Shown: one piece after another, positions 36,886 to 45,836 of the stretch | Layout: each line of letters starts with the position of its first letter | Position numbering within the stretch: the first letter of the stretch is position 1 | Assembly: GCA_034437275.1 (NCBI GenBank) | Contig: DAOTUD010000185.1 | Span: 17,702 to 81,701 of the forward strand | Origin: Anaerolineae bacterium | Lineage (GTDB): Bacteria; Chloroflexota; Anaerolineae; Aggregatilineales; Aggregatilineaceae | Reading direction: 5' to 3' | Length of the DNA: 64,000 nucleotides | Notes under the pieces: generated by a model | The model's database searches: none | Told to the model about the DNA's origin: nothing | Seen by the model: only the letters and a program-made list of their open reading frames with translations | Position numbers and translations under genes: made by a program

Positions 36886-38685
36886 CTAATAGACTCGCTC
36901 TTTTGGCTTGAACTTGTCGTCTTTTTCGGCCAACGACATATCGACCGGTTTGTCGTGGTTCAATGCGACGGTGCCGTCGTCTTGCTGGGTGGCCAGTGTG
37001 TGCACCATCCACTGCTCGTCGTCCCGATCCGGGTAGTCATCGCGCGAATGTGCGCCGCGACTCTCCTGGCGCACCAGAGCGCTGGCGGCTGTCACTTCGG
37101 CGATATCCAGCAGGCAGCCTAGCTCCCACGCTTCGAGCAGGTCGGTGTTGAAGCGGCGGCCCCGGTCGTCGATGGACAGGTCGGTTTTGAACTGCTCTTG
37201 CAGGCGGCGGATGGCCTCGACAGCTTCCTGCATCCCCTCCTCGGTGCGGAACACGCCCACGTCGTCCATCATCACCGACTGCATCTCCTCACGGATCTGG
37301 TACGGCTTGCGCGATCCAGCGGCGGTGCGGATGCGTTCCAGTTCGGCTTCGACCTCGGCGGCGGGGTTGTCGGGCAGCGGGGTGAAGCCCGCGCCCTGGC
37401 AGTATTCCGCGATGTGCTTGCCGGAGCGCAGCCCGAACACGATCAGGTCGGTCAGGCTGTTGGTGCCCAGGCGATTCGCGCCGTGCACGCTGACGCACGC
37501 ACATTCCCCAGCGGCGTACAGGCCGGGCAGCGGTGTGCGCTGGGCATCGATCACCACGCGGCCATCCAGGTCGGTCGGGATGCCGCCCATGCCGTAATGT
37601 GCCGTTGGCTGGACGGGCATCGGCTCGCGCACCGGGTCGACGTTCAGGTAGGTGCGGCAGAAGTCCAGGATATCCGGCAGCTTGGATTCGACGTACTCGC
37701 GGTCGATGCGGTGTGTTTCCCCGGCTTCGGCCAGGTAGCGGTTGACCGTTTCCGGCGTGATATCCAGGTGCACGTAGCGCTGGCCCTTGATGCCGCGCCC
37801 TTCTTTGATCTCCAGGTAGATCGCGCGGGAGACCACGTCGCGGCTGGCAAGGTCCTTGATGTTCGGGGCGTAGAATTCCATGAAGCGCTCGCCCCGGTCG
37901 TTGAGCAGCACGCCGCCTTCGCCGCGCACGCCCTCGGTGATCAGGATGCCCATCTTGTAGATGCCGGTGGGGTGGAACTGGAAAAATTCCATGTCCTGCA
38001 TCGGGACGCCGCGTCGGTAGGTGATCGCGTTGCCGTCGCCGGTCATGGCGTGGGCGTTGCTGGTGATCTCCCACACGCGGCCCCAGCCGCCGGTCGCAAA
38101 CAAGACGGCTTTGCTGTGGAAGATATGCAGCTCGCCGCTGTCGATGTGCAGCGCGACCACGCCGACCACCGTGTCGCCGCTGCGGACCAGGTCCACGACG
38201 TGGAATTCGTCAAAGAAGGTGACCTCGTTTTTGATGCACTGCTGGTACAGCGTTTGCAGGATCATGTGGCCGGTGCGGTCGGCGGCGTGGCAGGCCCGGC
38301 GCACGAGTTTATCGCCAAACTGGCTGGTGTGGCCGCCAAAGCGCCGCTGCGAGATGCGGCCCTCGCCGGTGCGGTCAAACGGCAGCCCCAGGTGTTCGAG
38401 TTCGATCACCGCTTCGATCGCGCCCTCGGCCAGCACCAGCGCCGCGTCCTGGTCGGCCAGATAGTCGCTGCCTTTGATGGTGTCGAAAGCGTGCCATTCG
38501 GGGCGGTCTTCTTCCAGGTTGCCCAGCGCCGCACCGATGCCGCCCTGGGCCGTGCCAGTGTGGGAACGGGAGGGGTAGAGCTTGCTGAGCACGGCGGTTT
38601 TGGCCCCGCGCGAGGCGTACAGCGCCGCCATCAGGCCCGCGCCGCCACCGCCGATAATGAGTGCTTCGTATTGGTGTGTTTGCAT
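36886..38685 (-). CDS. sdhA: Succinate dehydrogenase flavoprotein subunit
   Basis: FAD fold IIGGGGAGLMAAL, covalent-FAD histidine context RSHTGTAQGGI, catalytic HPTG and RLGTNSL. Confidence 0.95.
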   Translation of the reverse strand: MQTHQYEALIIGGGGAGLMAALYASRGAKTAVLSKLYPSRSHTGTAQGGIGAALGNLEEDRPEWHAFDTIKGSDYLADQDAALVLAEGAIEAVIELEHLGLPFDRTGEGRISQRRFGGHTSQFGDKLVRRACHAADRTGHMILQTLYQQCIKNEVTFFDEFHVVDLVRSGDTVVGVVALHIDSGELHIFHSKAVLFATGGWGRVWEITSNAHAMTGDGNAITYRRGVPMQDMEFFQFHPTGIYKMGILITEGVRGEGGVLLNDRGERFMEFYAPNIKDLASRDVVSRAIYLEIKEGRGIKGQRYVHLDITPETVNRYLAEAGETHRIDREYVESKLPDILDFCRTYLNVDPVREPMPVQPTAHYGMGGIPTDLDGRVVIDAQRTPLPGLYAAGECACVSVHGANRLGTNSLTDLIVFGLRSGKHIAEYCQGAGFTPLPDNPAAEVEAELERIRTAAGSRKPYQIREEMQSVMMDDVGVFRTEEGMQEAVEAIRRLQEQFKTDLSIDDRGRRFNTDLLEAWELGCLLDIAEVTAASALVRQESRGAHSRDDYPDRDDEQWMVHTLATQQDDGTVALNHDKPVDMSLAEKDDKFKPKERVY

Positions 38686-38716
38686 GATTTCCTCAACTAC
38701 TCTTTCTGACGTGGCC

Positions 38717-39703
38717 TTACTCGGCCAGGATGTCTCTGGCAGTTTCGACCGCGGCTTCGTCTGCCCCCATAACCAGGGCGACAGTGCCGACCGCGATCAG
38801 GGCGATGGTCCCGAAAATGATGGCCCAGTTCAGTGCCCGGTTGATCAGGGGACGGTGGGCATAGTCATTGACGATGTAGCGCAGGCCGTTGAAGCCGTGA
38901 GTGGCCGCCAGCGCCAGCAGCAGCCCGTCGTACAGCCGCCAGATCGTCACGCCAGCCACCAGCATATCCCAGCGCGCGCCGACGAATTCGACCGCCGAGG
39001 CGTTCTGGGTGGTGGCGTCGGTACCCACGACCTGCACATCCGCCATGTTGATCTCGAACACGCCCTGAATGACGTGCAGCATCGCCAGGTGGCCAAACAC
39101 CAGCGGCAGGATCAACACGCCGGAGATGCGCATGAACGACCACAGGGTCGCCTCGACCCGGCCCGGCAGCCGCATCCCGCTGTCGCTGCCGGTGATCAGG
39201 CCATAGAGCGCCGACAGCACCAGCGCCCCCGCGATAATGACGACAAAGCCCAGCACAAACTGCGCCTGGGTTTCGATGATCTCGCCGACCGTAGCCAGTT
39301 CGGGGTCGTGATCATAGAAGTCGAGTACGTGGCCGACCATCGCGGCGAACGTGGGCAGCAGCACAAGCCCCGTCGCCACAAACACGAGTGTCGCCGCGCG
39401 CTGCTGGTAAGCCCACCACTCCGGCTTGTAGTCCAGCAGCACGATGCGCAGCCCGTTAAAGGCGTGGAACACCACGCACGCAATCAATATGAATTCGCCG
39501 ATGGTAAACAACGGGCTTTGATACTGCTGGATCGCTTTTTCGTATTCTTCGGGGGCATAGGCCGCCCAAGAGGTGTCGATAACGTGGATGATCAGGAAGA
39601 GAATCGTGCCCAGCCCAGACAGCCGGTGCAGCACCCAACTCCACTGCCCGATCTTGCCGCGATATCGCAGGGTTTCGGTGACAGTTGTAACCAAAGTTGT
39701 CAT
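38717..39703 (-). CDS. sdhC: Succinate dehydrogenase membrane anchor; apparent SdhC-SdhD fusion/duplication (328 aa)
   Basis: Sits immediately upstream of sdhA. Two homologous halves each carry a ...HR(L/I)SG... helix and an H(A/G)FNGLR motif. Confidence 0.7.
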   Translation of the reverse strand: MTTLVTTVTETLRYRGKIGQWSWVLHRLSGLGTILFLIIHVIDTSWAAYAPEEYEKAIQQYQSPLFTIGEFILIACVVFHAFNGLRIVLLDYKPEWWAYQQRAATLVFVATGLVLLPTFAAMVGHVLDFYDHDPELATVGEIIETQAQFVLGFVVIIAGALVLSALYGLITGSDSGMRLPGRVEATLWSFMRISGVLILPLVFGHLAMLHVIQGVFEINMADVQVVGTDATTQNASAVEFVGARWDMLVAGVTIWRLYDGLLLALAATHGFNGLRYIVNDYAHRPLINRALNWAIIFGTIALIAVGTVALVMGADEAAVETARDILAE

Positions 39704-39949
39704 AATGATTTGTCTCCACCAAACAAGTAAAATGCTTTGAGGCCCAGAGGGCGTTCACGCAATATAAGCGCCTAGTGCCCTCCATAATACTTTGATCCCA
39801 TACTATCTGACCAATGTGAAACGTAATGCGCTGCCGTGTCGATCTTCCACACATAAGAAACCCACAAAGTGTTGCCCCTGTAAGTGGCGTCTTGCTATAT
39901 TTTGAGAGGGAGCGGAGCAACTGTCATTGATTTATCTTCACTGGCTCCA

Positions 39950-39985
39950 TGCATCCAATCATATGCAATGTGCATCTAATCATAT
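39950..39985. repeat. Two 15-nt direct repeats, 21-nt period, in the sdh/citrate-synthase divergent intergenic region
   Basis: tgcatcCaatcatat (39950-39964) and tgcatcTaatcatat (39971-39985), with one mismatch. Confidence 0.6.
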
Positions 39986-40020
39986 AGCTAACCCTCTTCG
40001 AATGCAGGTAAGGAGCGGAA

Positions 40021-41163
40021 ATGTCCGAACAGAAAAAAGGCTTAGAAGGCATTGTCATTGCTGATACCAAACTCAGCCGCGTCCAGGGCGACATCGGCAA
40101 GCTCACCTACTGCGGCTACGACATTATGGACCTGGCCAAGCATGCGTCGTTTGAGGAAGTGGTGTTCCTGCTGTGGAACACCAAACTCCCCACCAAAACC
40201 GAGTTGGCCCGGTTCAAGGCAACACTCACCAACGAGATGACGCTGCCGGCGTCTGTGCTGGAAAACATGAAAACCTACCCCACCGGCGCACACCCGATGG
40301 CCGTGGTGCGCACGGCGGTATCGGCGTTGGGGCTGCACGATTCGGCAGCCGAAGACAACAGTGTCGATGCCAACGTGCGTAAGGCGATGCACATCACGGC
40401 CAAGCTGCCGACCATCGTCGCCGCCTGGGCGCGCATCCGCAACGGCAAAGAGCCAATCGTCCCGCGCGATGACCTGGGGCTGGCCGCCAACTTCGTTTAC
40501 ATGCTCAAGGGCCAGGAACCCAACCAGACCGAAGTCGACGCGGTGAATGTGTACCTGGTGCTGCTGGCCGACCACGGCATGAACGCCAGCACGTTCACCA
40601 GCCGCGTGGTGACCAGCACCGACGGCGACATGTACAGCGCCGTCACCGCTGCTATCGGCGCGCTGAAGGGGCCGAAGCACGGGGGGGCCAACGAAGCCGC
40701 GATGCGCATGTTCTACGAGGTGAGCAAAGCCAACAGCGCCGAAGACTGGTTCAAGAACGAGGTCAAGGGCAAGAGTCGCCGCATTATGGGCATCGGCCAT
40801 CGCGTGTACAAGGCCCCCGATCCGCGCGCGACCGCGCTCAAGAAGCACGCCGAAGACCTGTGCGGCCTGAAGGAAAAATGCTTGCTGCTGGATATCGCGA
40901 TGGAACTGGAAGACCTGGCACGCGCCGACGATTTCTTCATCGAGCGCAATCTGTACCCCAACGTAGATTACTACAGCGCGATCGTGCTGGATGCGGTTGG
41001 TATCGACACCGACATGATGACGCCGCTGTTCGCCATGTCGCGGATTGCCGGCTGGACCGCGCACATCATCGAGCAGTGGGCCGACAATCGCCTGATCCGC
41101 CCGCGCGGCCAGTACGTTGGTGAGGAAAACCTGGAGTGGGTGCCGCTGGGCGAACGCAAGTAG
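40021..41163 (+). CDS. gltA: Citrate synthase (small, CitZ-type)
   Basis: 380 aa. Signature GIGHRVYKAPDPR, with catalytic His/Asp contexts conserved. Confidence 0.9.
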   Translation: MSEQKKGLEGIVIADTKLSRVQGDIGKLTYCGYDIMDLAKHASFEEVVFLLWNTKLPTKTELARFKATLTNEMTLPASVLENMKTYPTGAHPMAVVRTAVSALGLHDSAAEDNSVDANVRKAMHITAKLPTIVAAWARIRNGKEPIVPRDDLGLAANFVYMLKGQEPNQTEVDAVNVYLVLLADHGMNASTFTSRVVTSTDGDMYSAVTAAIGALKGPKHGGANEAAMRMFYEVSKANSAEDWFKNEVKGKSRRIMGIGHRVYKAPDPRATALKKHAEDLCGLKEKCLLLDIAMELEDLARADDFFIERNLYPNVDYYSAIVLDAVGIDTDMMTPLFAMSRIAGWTAHIIEQWADNRLIRPRGQYVGEENLEWVPLGERK

Positions 41164-41190
41164 CCCCCCCACCGAAAACACGAACCTGGA

Positions 41191-41221
41191 AGCCAGGTCG
41201 CGGCTGTGATCTGGCTTTTTT
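41191..41221 (+). terminator. Rho-independent terminator after citrate synthase
   Basis: agccag-N14-ctggct followed by ttttt. Confidence 0.55.
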
Positions 41222-41265
41222 AGTACCACTTGTGGTAAGTTTGGCATGTTGTTAAGGATCAACAC

Positions 41266-42060
41266 ATGCCAGATGACAAACTGATTTCCCTGTCCGACGC
41301 CGCCGCAATGGTCCAATCCGGGCACACCCTGGCCCTTGGCGGCAATTTGCTTTATCGTCGACCGATTGCGTTCGTGCGCGAACTGCTGCACCGGACTGCC
41401 CCGCCCGCCGACCTGACCCTGCTGGCGTTTACCGCCGGCTACGGCTGCGACCTGTTGGTTGGGATGGGCTGTGTGAGCCGGGTGCGGACCTGTTACTTCG
41501 GGCTGGAAGCGTTCGGCTTCGCGCCGATGTTCACCCAGCAGGCGCGCCAGGGCCACCTGACCATCATCGAGGAAACCGAAGCCAGCCTGGCGTTCGGCAT
41601 CCGGGCCAGCCTGGCCGGGGTGGGCTTCATGCCCTCGACGGCGTGGCTTGGCACCGACCTGCTCGCGCTGCGCCCCGATGTCAAGACGATCACCGACCCG
41701 TACAGCGGCGAGGAGTTGGTCGCGTTTCCCGCGATCCCCTGCGATGTGGCGGTCGTTCATGCCCTGGTCGCCGACCAGCACGGCAATGCGCGCCTGAACA
41801 AAAACCTGGGCATCGATCAGGAGTTGGCTGTGCTGGCCGATTACGTGATCGTCACGGCGGAGGAGGTCGTGGACACCCTGACGCATGACGCCCAACTGGC
41901 CGCGCCGATGGTGCAGGCCGTGGTCCATGCGCCGCGTGGGGCGTGGCCGACGTCGTGCTACCCGCACTATCCGATAGCCGGGCGGGAACTGTTACGGTAT
42001 ATTGAGATGTGCACCGATGGCGAGTTTGATGCTTATGTGCGGGGCGCTACCGGCGCGTAG
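41266..42060 (+). CDS. Family I CoA-transferase, subunit A-like (glutaconate/3-oxoacid CoA-transferase type)
   Basis: 264 aa. N-terminus LSDAAAMVQSGHTLALGGN and its length fit alpha subunits. Confidence 0.6.
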   Translation: MPDDKLISLSDAAAMVQSGHTLALGGNLLYRRPIAFVRELLHRTAPPADLTLLAFTAGYGCDLLVGMGCVSRVRTCYFGLEAFGFAPMFTQQARQGHLTIIEETEASLAFGIRASLAGVGFMPSTAWLGTDLLALRPDVKTITDPYSGEELVAFPAIPCDVAVVHALVADQHGNARLNKNLGIDQELAVLADYVIVTAEEVVDTLTHDAQLAAPMVQAVVHAPRGAWPTSCYPHYPIAGRELLRYIEMCTDGEFDAYVRGATGA

Positions 42061-42145
42061 CGGGGTTTTTTCAGGCATCTTTCATCTTTTTATCGCAAAA
42101 TTCTGCTTATAATCTACGTACGAAATGTGGTTGACGGAGTAATGT

Positions 42146-43555
42146 ATGTGGCGTTTGACAAATGCGAAACGAATGCTAACTGCCAGCACCCTGGTGGTGC
42201 TGTTGATTGGCGTGCTGGTGGGCGGTTATCTGCTCAATACGCGCCCGAACAGCGATTTTGTGCAGGCCCAGGGAGACCAGCCCCCGGCTGTGCAGGAATT
42301 GTTCCAGCCATTTTGGGAAACCTGGAATCTGCTGCATGACAACTACGTCGATCCCATCAACGATCAGTCGTTGATGGAAAGTGCGCTGCAAGGGATGGTC
42401 GCGGCAGCCGAGCAGCCCGATGCACAGGACGTGATCGACCCGGCCTTGCCGGAGAGCTTCGGGCAGGCGGTCGGCGAGCAGACGACGGACGATATCAATG
42501 AGTTGTTCGCGCCGTTCTGGGCAAGCTGGGACCTGCTGCACGACGCCTATGGCGACGTCTTGGACGACACCGCGCTGATGGAAGGCGCACTGCGCGGGAT
42601 GTTGGAATCGCTGGGCGATCCGCACACGGATTACATGGACCCGGAGACGTATGCCCAGATTATGCAGGCCATGAGCAGCGAATACGAGGGCATTGGGGCC
42701 ACCGTGCGCCAGAACGAGGACACCGGCGGGCTGGAGTTGATCTCGATCATGGAAGGCTCCCCGGCAGAAAAGGCGGGCCTGCGCGCGGGCGACGAGATCG
42801 TGATGGTCGATGGCGAAGACGTCACCGAACTGTCGCAGAACGAAATTATCGCGCTGGTCCGTGGGCCTGCCGGGTCGACGGTGGAGCTTGGCATTCGCCG
42901 CCCGAAGGAGTCGAATCTGTTGGATTTTGACGTGGTGCGCGAGCGCATCAACGTGCCCAGCGTGTCGTCCGAAATGCTGGAAGACGATATCGCCTATGTT
43001 CGTCTGAGCCAGTTCGACCTGGACACCGGCACGCTGCTGCGCGGCGTCATCAACGAACTGGACGCCAACACACTCAACGGCCTGGTGCTGGATGTGCGCA
43101 GTAACCCCGGCGGCTACCTGACCACCTCGATTGACGTGGCAAGCGTGTTCATCTCAGAAGGGCCGGTCGTGATCGAACGCGGCCCCAACCGCGAGCAGAC
43201 CTACCAGGCGCTCGGCAACGCCAACGCCGCAGATGTGCCGATGGTGGTGCTGGTCGACCAGGGCAGCGCCAGTGCGTCAGAGTTGATCGCCGGCGCGCTC
43301 CAGGATCGGGGACGTGCGACCGTTGTGGGGATGCCGACCTTTGGCAAAGGCTCGGTCCAGACCTGGCGCGAACTGTCGAACGGCGGTGGGGTGCGCATCA
43401 CGATCTCGCGCTGGTACACGCCCGACGGCAGGTCGGTCAGCGCGGCGGGCATCGATCCGGACATCGTCGTGCCCTTCGAGGTCGACAGTCCCGACGATGA
43501 AGACCCGCAGCTCCAGACAGCACTCAGCGTGCTGAAAGGGACCTATTCTGAGTAG
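42146..43555 (+). CDS. ctpA: S41A C-terminal processing (tail-specific) peptidase with PDZ domain
   Basis: TM/signal N-terminus. PDZ (GSPAEKAGLRAGDEIVMVDG). Catalytic region RSNPGGYL...GSASASELIAGALQD...GKGSVQ. Confidence 0.85.
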   Translation: MWRLTNAKRMLTASTLVVLLIGVLVGGYLLNTRPNSDFVQAQGDQPPAVQELFQPFWETWNLLHDNYVDPINDQSLMESALQGMVAAAEQPDAQDVIDPALPESFGQAVGEQTTDDINELFAPFWASWDLLHDAYGDVLDDTALMEGALRGMLESLGDPHTDYMDPETYAQIMQAMSSEYEGIGATVRQNEDTGGLELISIMEGSPAEKAGLRAGDEIVMVDGEDVTELSQNEIIALVRGPAGSTVELGIRRPKESNLLDFDVVRERINVPSVSSEMLEDDIAYVRLSQFDLDTGTLLRGVINELDANTLNGLVLDVRSNPGGYLTTSIDVASVFISEGPVVIERGPNREQTYQALGNANAADVPMVVLVDQGSASASELIAGALQDRGRATVVGMPTFGKGSVQTWRELSNGGGVRITISRWYTPDGRSVSAAGIDPDIVVPFEVDSPDDEDPQLQTALSVLKGTYSE

Positions 43556-43649
43556 CATCTATCGCGTTTCTTAGCGAAATCTGATGTAACTCTTATTCCC
43601 TGGGAGTATCGTAGAGTGATGGGTCTAGTTACTGTGTAGAGAGGTGGCC

Positions 43650-44345
43650 ATGTTCTTCTTTGACCCAATGTACATCTTGATTGTCATGCTCCCCACGTTG
43701 GTGCTGACCGGCCTGGCGCAAGCCTGGGTCAGTTCGGCCTACCAGAAGTGGAGCGAGATTTCCAACAGCCGCCGCGTCACCGGCCAGCAGACCGCGCAAA
43801 TCCTGATGCGCGACGGCGGCATCCAGCGCGTGGGGCTGGAAGTAACACGCGGCCAGATGAGCGATCATTACGATCCGACCAGCAAGACGGTCCGGCTGTC
43901 GCAGGGCGTCGCTATGCGGCCCTCAGTTGCGGCGATGGCGATTGCGGCCCACGAGTTCGGCCACGTCCAGCAGCACCAGCAAAACAGCCCGCTGATGGCG
44001 CTGCGCTCGATGCTGGTGCCGGCGGCGCGGTTGGGGCCGAGCGTCGGCGTCGGCATGATCATCGTCGGGTTGATCATCAACTTTACCGGGCTGGCGATGA
44101 TTGGCTTGATCCTGTTTGCCGGAGTGACGGCGTTCACCATTGCGACGCTGCCCGTCGAACTGGACGCCAGCCGCCGCGCGATGAGCCTGCTGCGCGATAC
44201 CGGCCTGATCGACAATGATCAGGATGCTGCCGGGGCCAAGGCGGTGCTGCGTGCGGCAGCCTTTACCTATGTCGCGGCGGTCGCCAGCTCGATCCTGACG
44301 CTGATGTATTACGCGATGTTGGTTTTCGGCGGCAGCCGTGATTAG
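43650..44345 (+). CDS. Membrane zinc metallopeptidase (putative neutral zinc metallopeptidase family)
   Basis: HEFGH motif (AAHEFGHVQQ) and several TM helices. ATG at 43650 is preferred over the GTG at 43644. Confidence 0.75.
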   Translation: MFFFDPMYILIVMLPTLVLTGLAQAWVSSAYQKWSEISNSRRVTGQQTAQILMRDGGIQRVGLEVTRGQMSDHYDPTSKTVRLSQGVAMRPSVAAMAIAAHEFGHVQQHQQNSPLMALRSMLVPAARLGPSVGVGMIIVGLIINFTGLAMIGLILFAGVTAFTIATLPVELDASRRAMSLLRDTGLIDNDQDAAGAKAVLRAAAFTYVAAVASSILTLMYYAMLVFGGSRD

Positions 44346-44358
44346 GCCCCGCTAGGCG

Positions 44359-45204
44359 ATGGACCACACCGCGCAACCTGCTGCCGAGTACGCCGTCGAT
44401 GAATTGATGGCGGTGTGCATTGCGCGGCAGGTGCAGGACGGCGACCTGCTGGTGCATGGGCTGGCGACGCCACTGGTCGCGGCGGGGTATATCCTGGCGC
44501 ATCGCACCCATGCCCCGCGCGCGCATTTTGCGTCGGCCATCGGCCAGGGCATGGTCCAGGGGTGGGCACCGTTGGGCATTGCGCGTGCGGAAGAGTTGTG
44601 GCTGGGAAAGGCGCTCGCCAACGCCAGCTTCATCGTGACCGTCGCCGATGCCCTGCATACGCTCGCGCCCAAAGAGTTCTTCCGCCCCGCCCAGGTGGAC
44701 CCCCAGGGTAATTTTAACAATATCGCCATCGGTAAGAACTACCACACGCCGCGCCTGCGGCTGCCGGGGACCGGCGGCATCCCGGATGTATCGGTCTATT
44801 CCAGCAAAATGTACATGTACGTGCCACGCCACTCGCGCGCGATCTTTGTCCCGAAGGTGGACTGGGTGAGTGGGTTGGGTCACGACCCGGCGCGCAAACG
44901 CGGCAGCGGGCCGGTCTATCTGGTGACTGACCTGGGACAGTTCGATTGGGCGGAAGGCCGGATGCGGCTGGTCAGCATGCATCGCGGGGTGTCGCTCCAG
45001 CGTATTCAGGCCAAGACCGGGTTTGAGCTGGCGGTTGCGCCGGACGTGCACGAAACCCCGCCGCCCACGCAGCACGAACTCCACCTGCTGCGCGAGGAGA
45101 TCGACCCGCTGGCGGTGCGCCGTTTGGAGACGCTGGCCGGTACGGCGCGGCGTAACCACCTGCGCGCCATCCTGGAGCAGGAAGACCGGCACGCGCCCGG
45201 CTAG
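44359..45204 (+). CDS. Family I CoA-transferase, subunit B-like
   Basis: 281 aa. DELMAVCIARQVQDGDLLVHGLATPL resembles beta-subunit N-termini. Presumed partner of 41266-42060. Confidence 0.55.
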   Translation: MDHTAQPAAEYAVDELMAVCIARQVQDGDLLVHGLATPLVAAGYILAHRTHAPRAHFASAIGQGMVQGWAPLGIARAEELWLGKALANASFIVTVADALHTLAPKEFFRPAQVDPQGNFNNIAIGKNYHTPRLRLPGTGGIPDVSVYSSKMYMYVPRHSRAIFVPKVDWVSGLGHDPARKRGSGPVYLVTDLGQFDWAEGRMRLVSMHRGVSLQRIQAKTGFELAVAPDVHETPPPTQHELHLLREEIDPLAVRRLETLAGTARRNHLRAILEQEDRHAPG

Positions 45205-45818
45205 GCCTCGTCTTCCTCGCCGTTGTCTTCTAGCTCGCGCTCCAGCATACTGAGCGCCTCCCCTGCAAAGCGACAGAATAACCAGATCAGGGCTTTGTCG
45301 GTTTCGTCAAATGGCTCGCTGCCGGTCTTGTTGATGGCCTCGACTACGCCCAGCACATGCTCATCGCCGACCAGCGGCACGGCCAGAATCGAATGGGTGT
45401 GGAAGCCGGTTTGCTCGTCGATGCGCTGGGAGAAGCGCTCGTCCAGGCGGGCATTGAGGACGATGGTCGGCTGGCGGTGCTGGACGACCCATCCGGCGAC
45501 CCCTTCCCCGGCGGGGATGCGGTAGCCTTTGAGTTGGGGCGCAACCTGCCCGCGCACAATCACAAACGTGAGTTCGCTGGCCTCCTCATCCAGCAAGGCC
45601 AGGGACCCGTCCTCAACCTCGACGATGGCGAGCGCATCGGTCAAGATGCGCGCCAGGAGATGCAGCAGTTGGTCGCTGCTGCGGGCACGGAGCGCTTCGC
45701 GGTCAAGCTCCAGCAGGGTCGCGATAAACTCACGATAGCGCACCACCTGGTCACGGAGCTGTTCGTTTTCCTGCTTCAAACGGGCAAGTTCGCCGGACAT
45801 GAACTGGTGGGAAGACAT
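45201..45818 (-). CDS. Coiled-coil plus GAF-domain protein
   Basis: 205 aa. N-terminal heptad-like LARLKQENEQLRDQVVRYREFI. GAF core GSLALLDEE...GYRIPAGEGVAGWVV...ILAVPLV. Confidence 0.7.
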   Translation of the reverse strand: MSSHQFMSGELARLKQENEQLRDQVVRYREFIATLLELDREALRARSSDQLLHLLARILTDALAIVEVEDGSLALLDEEASELTFVIVRGQVAPQLKGYRIPAGEGVAGWVVQHRQPTIVLNARLDERFSQRIDEQTGFHTHSILAVPLVGDEHVLGVVEAINKTGSEPFDETDKALIWLFCRFAGEALSMLERELEDNGEEDEA

Positions 45819-45836
45819 TGCCGTTCCCTTTCCACT

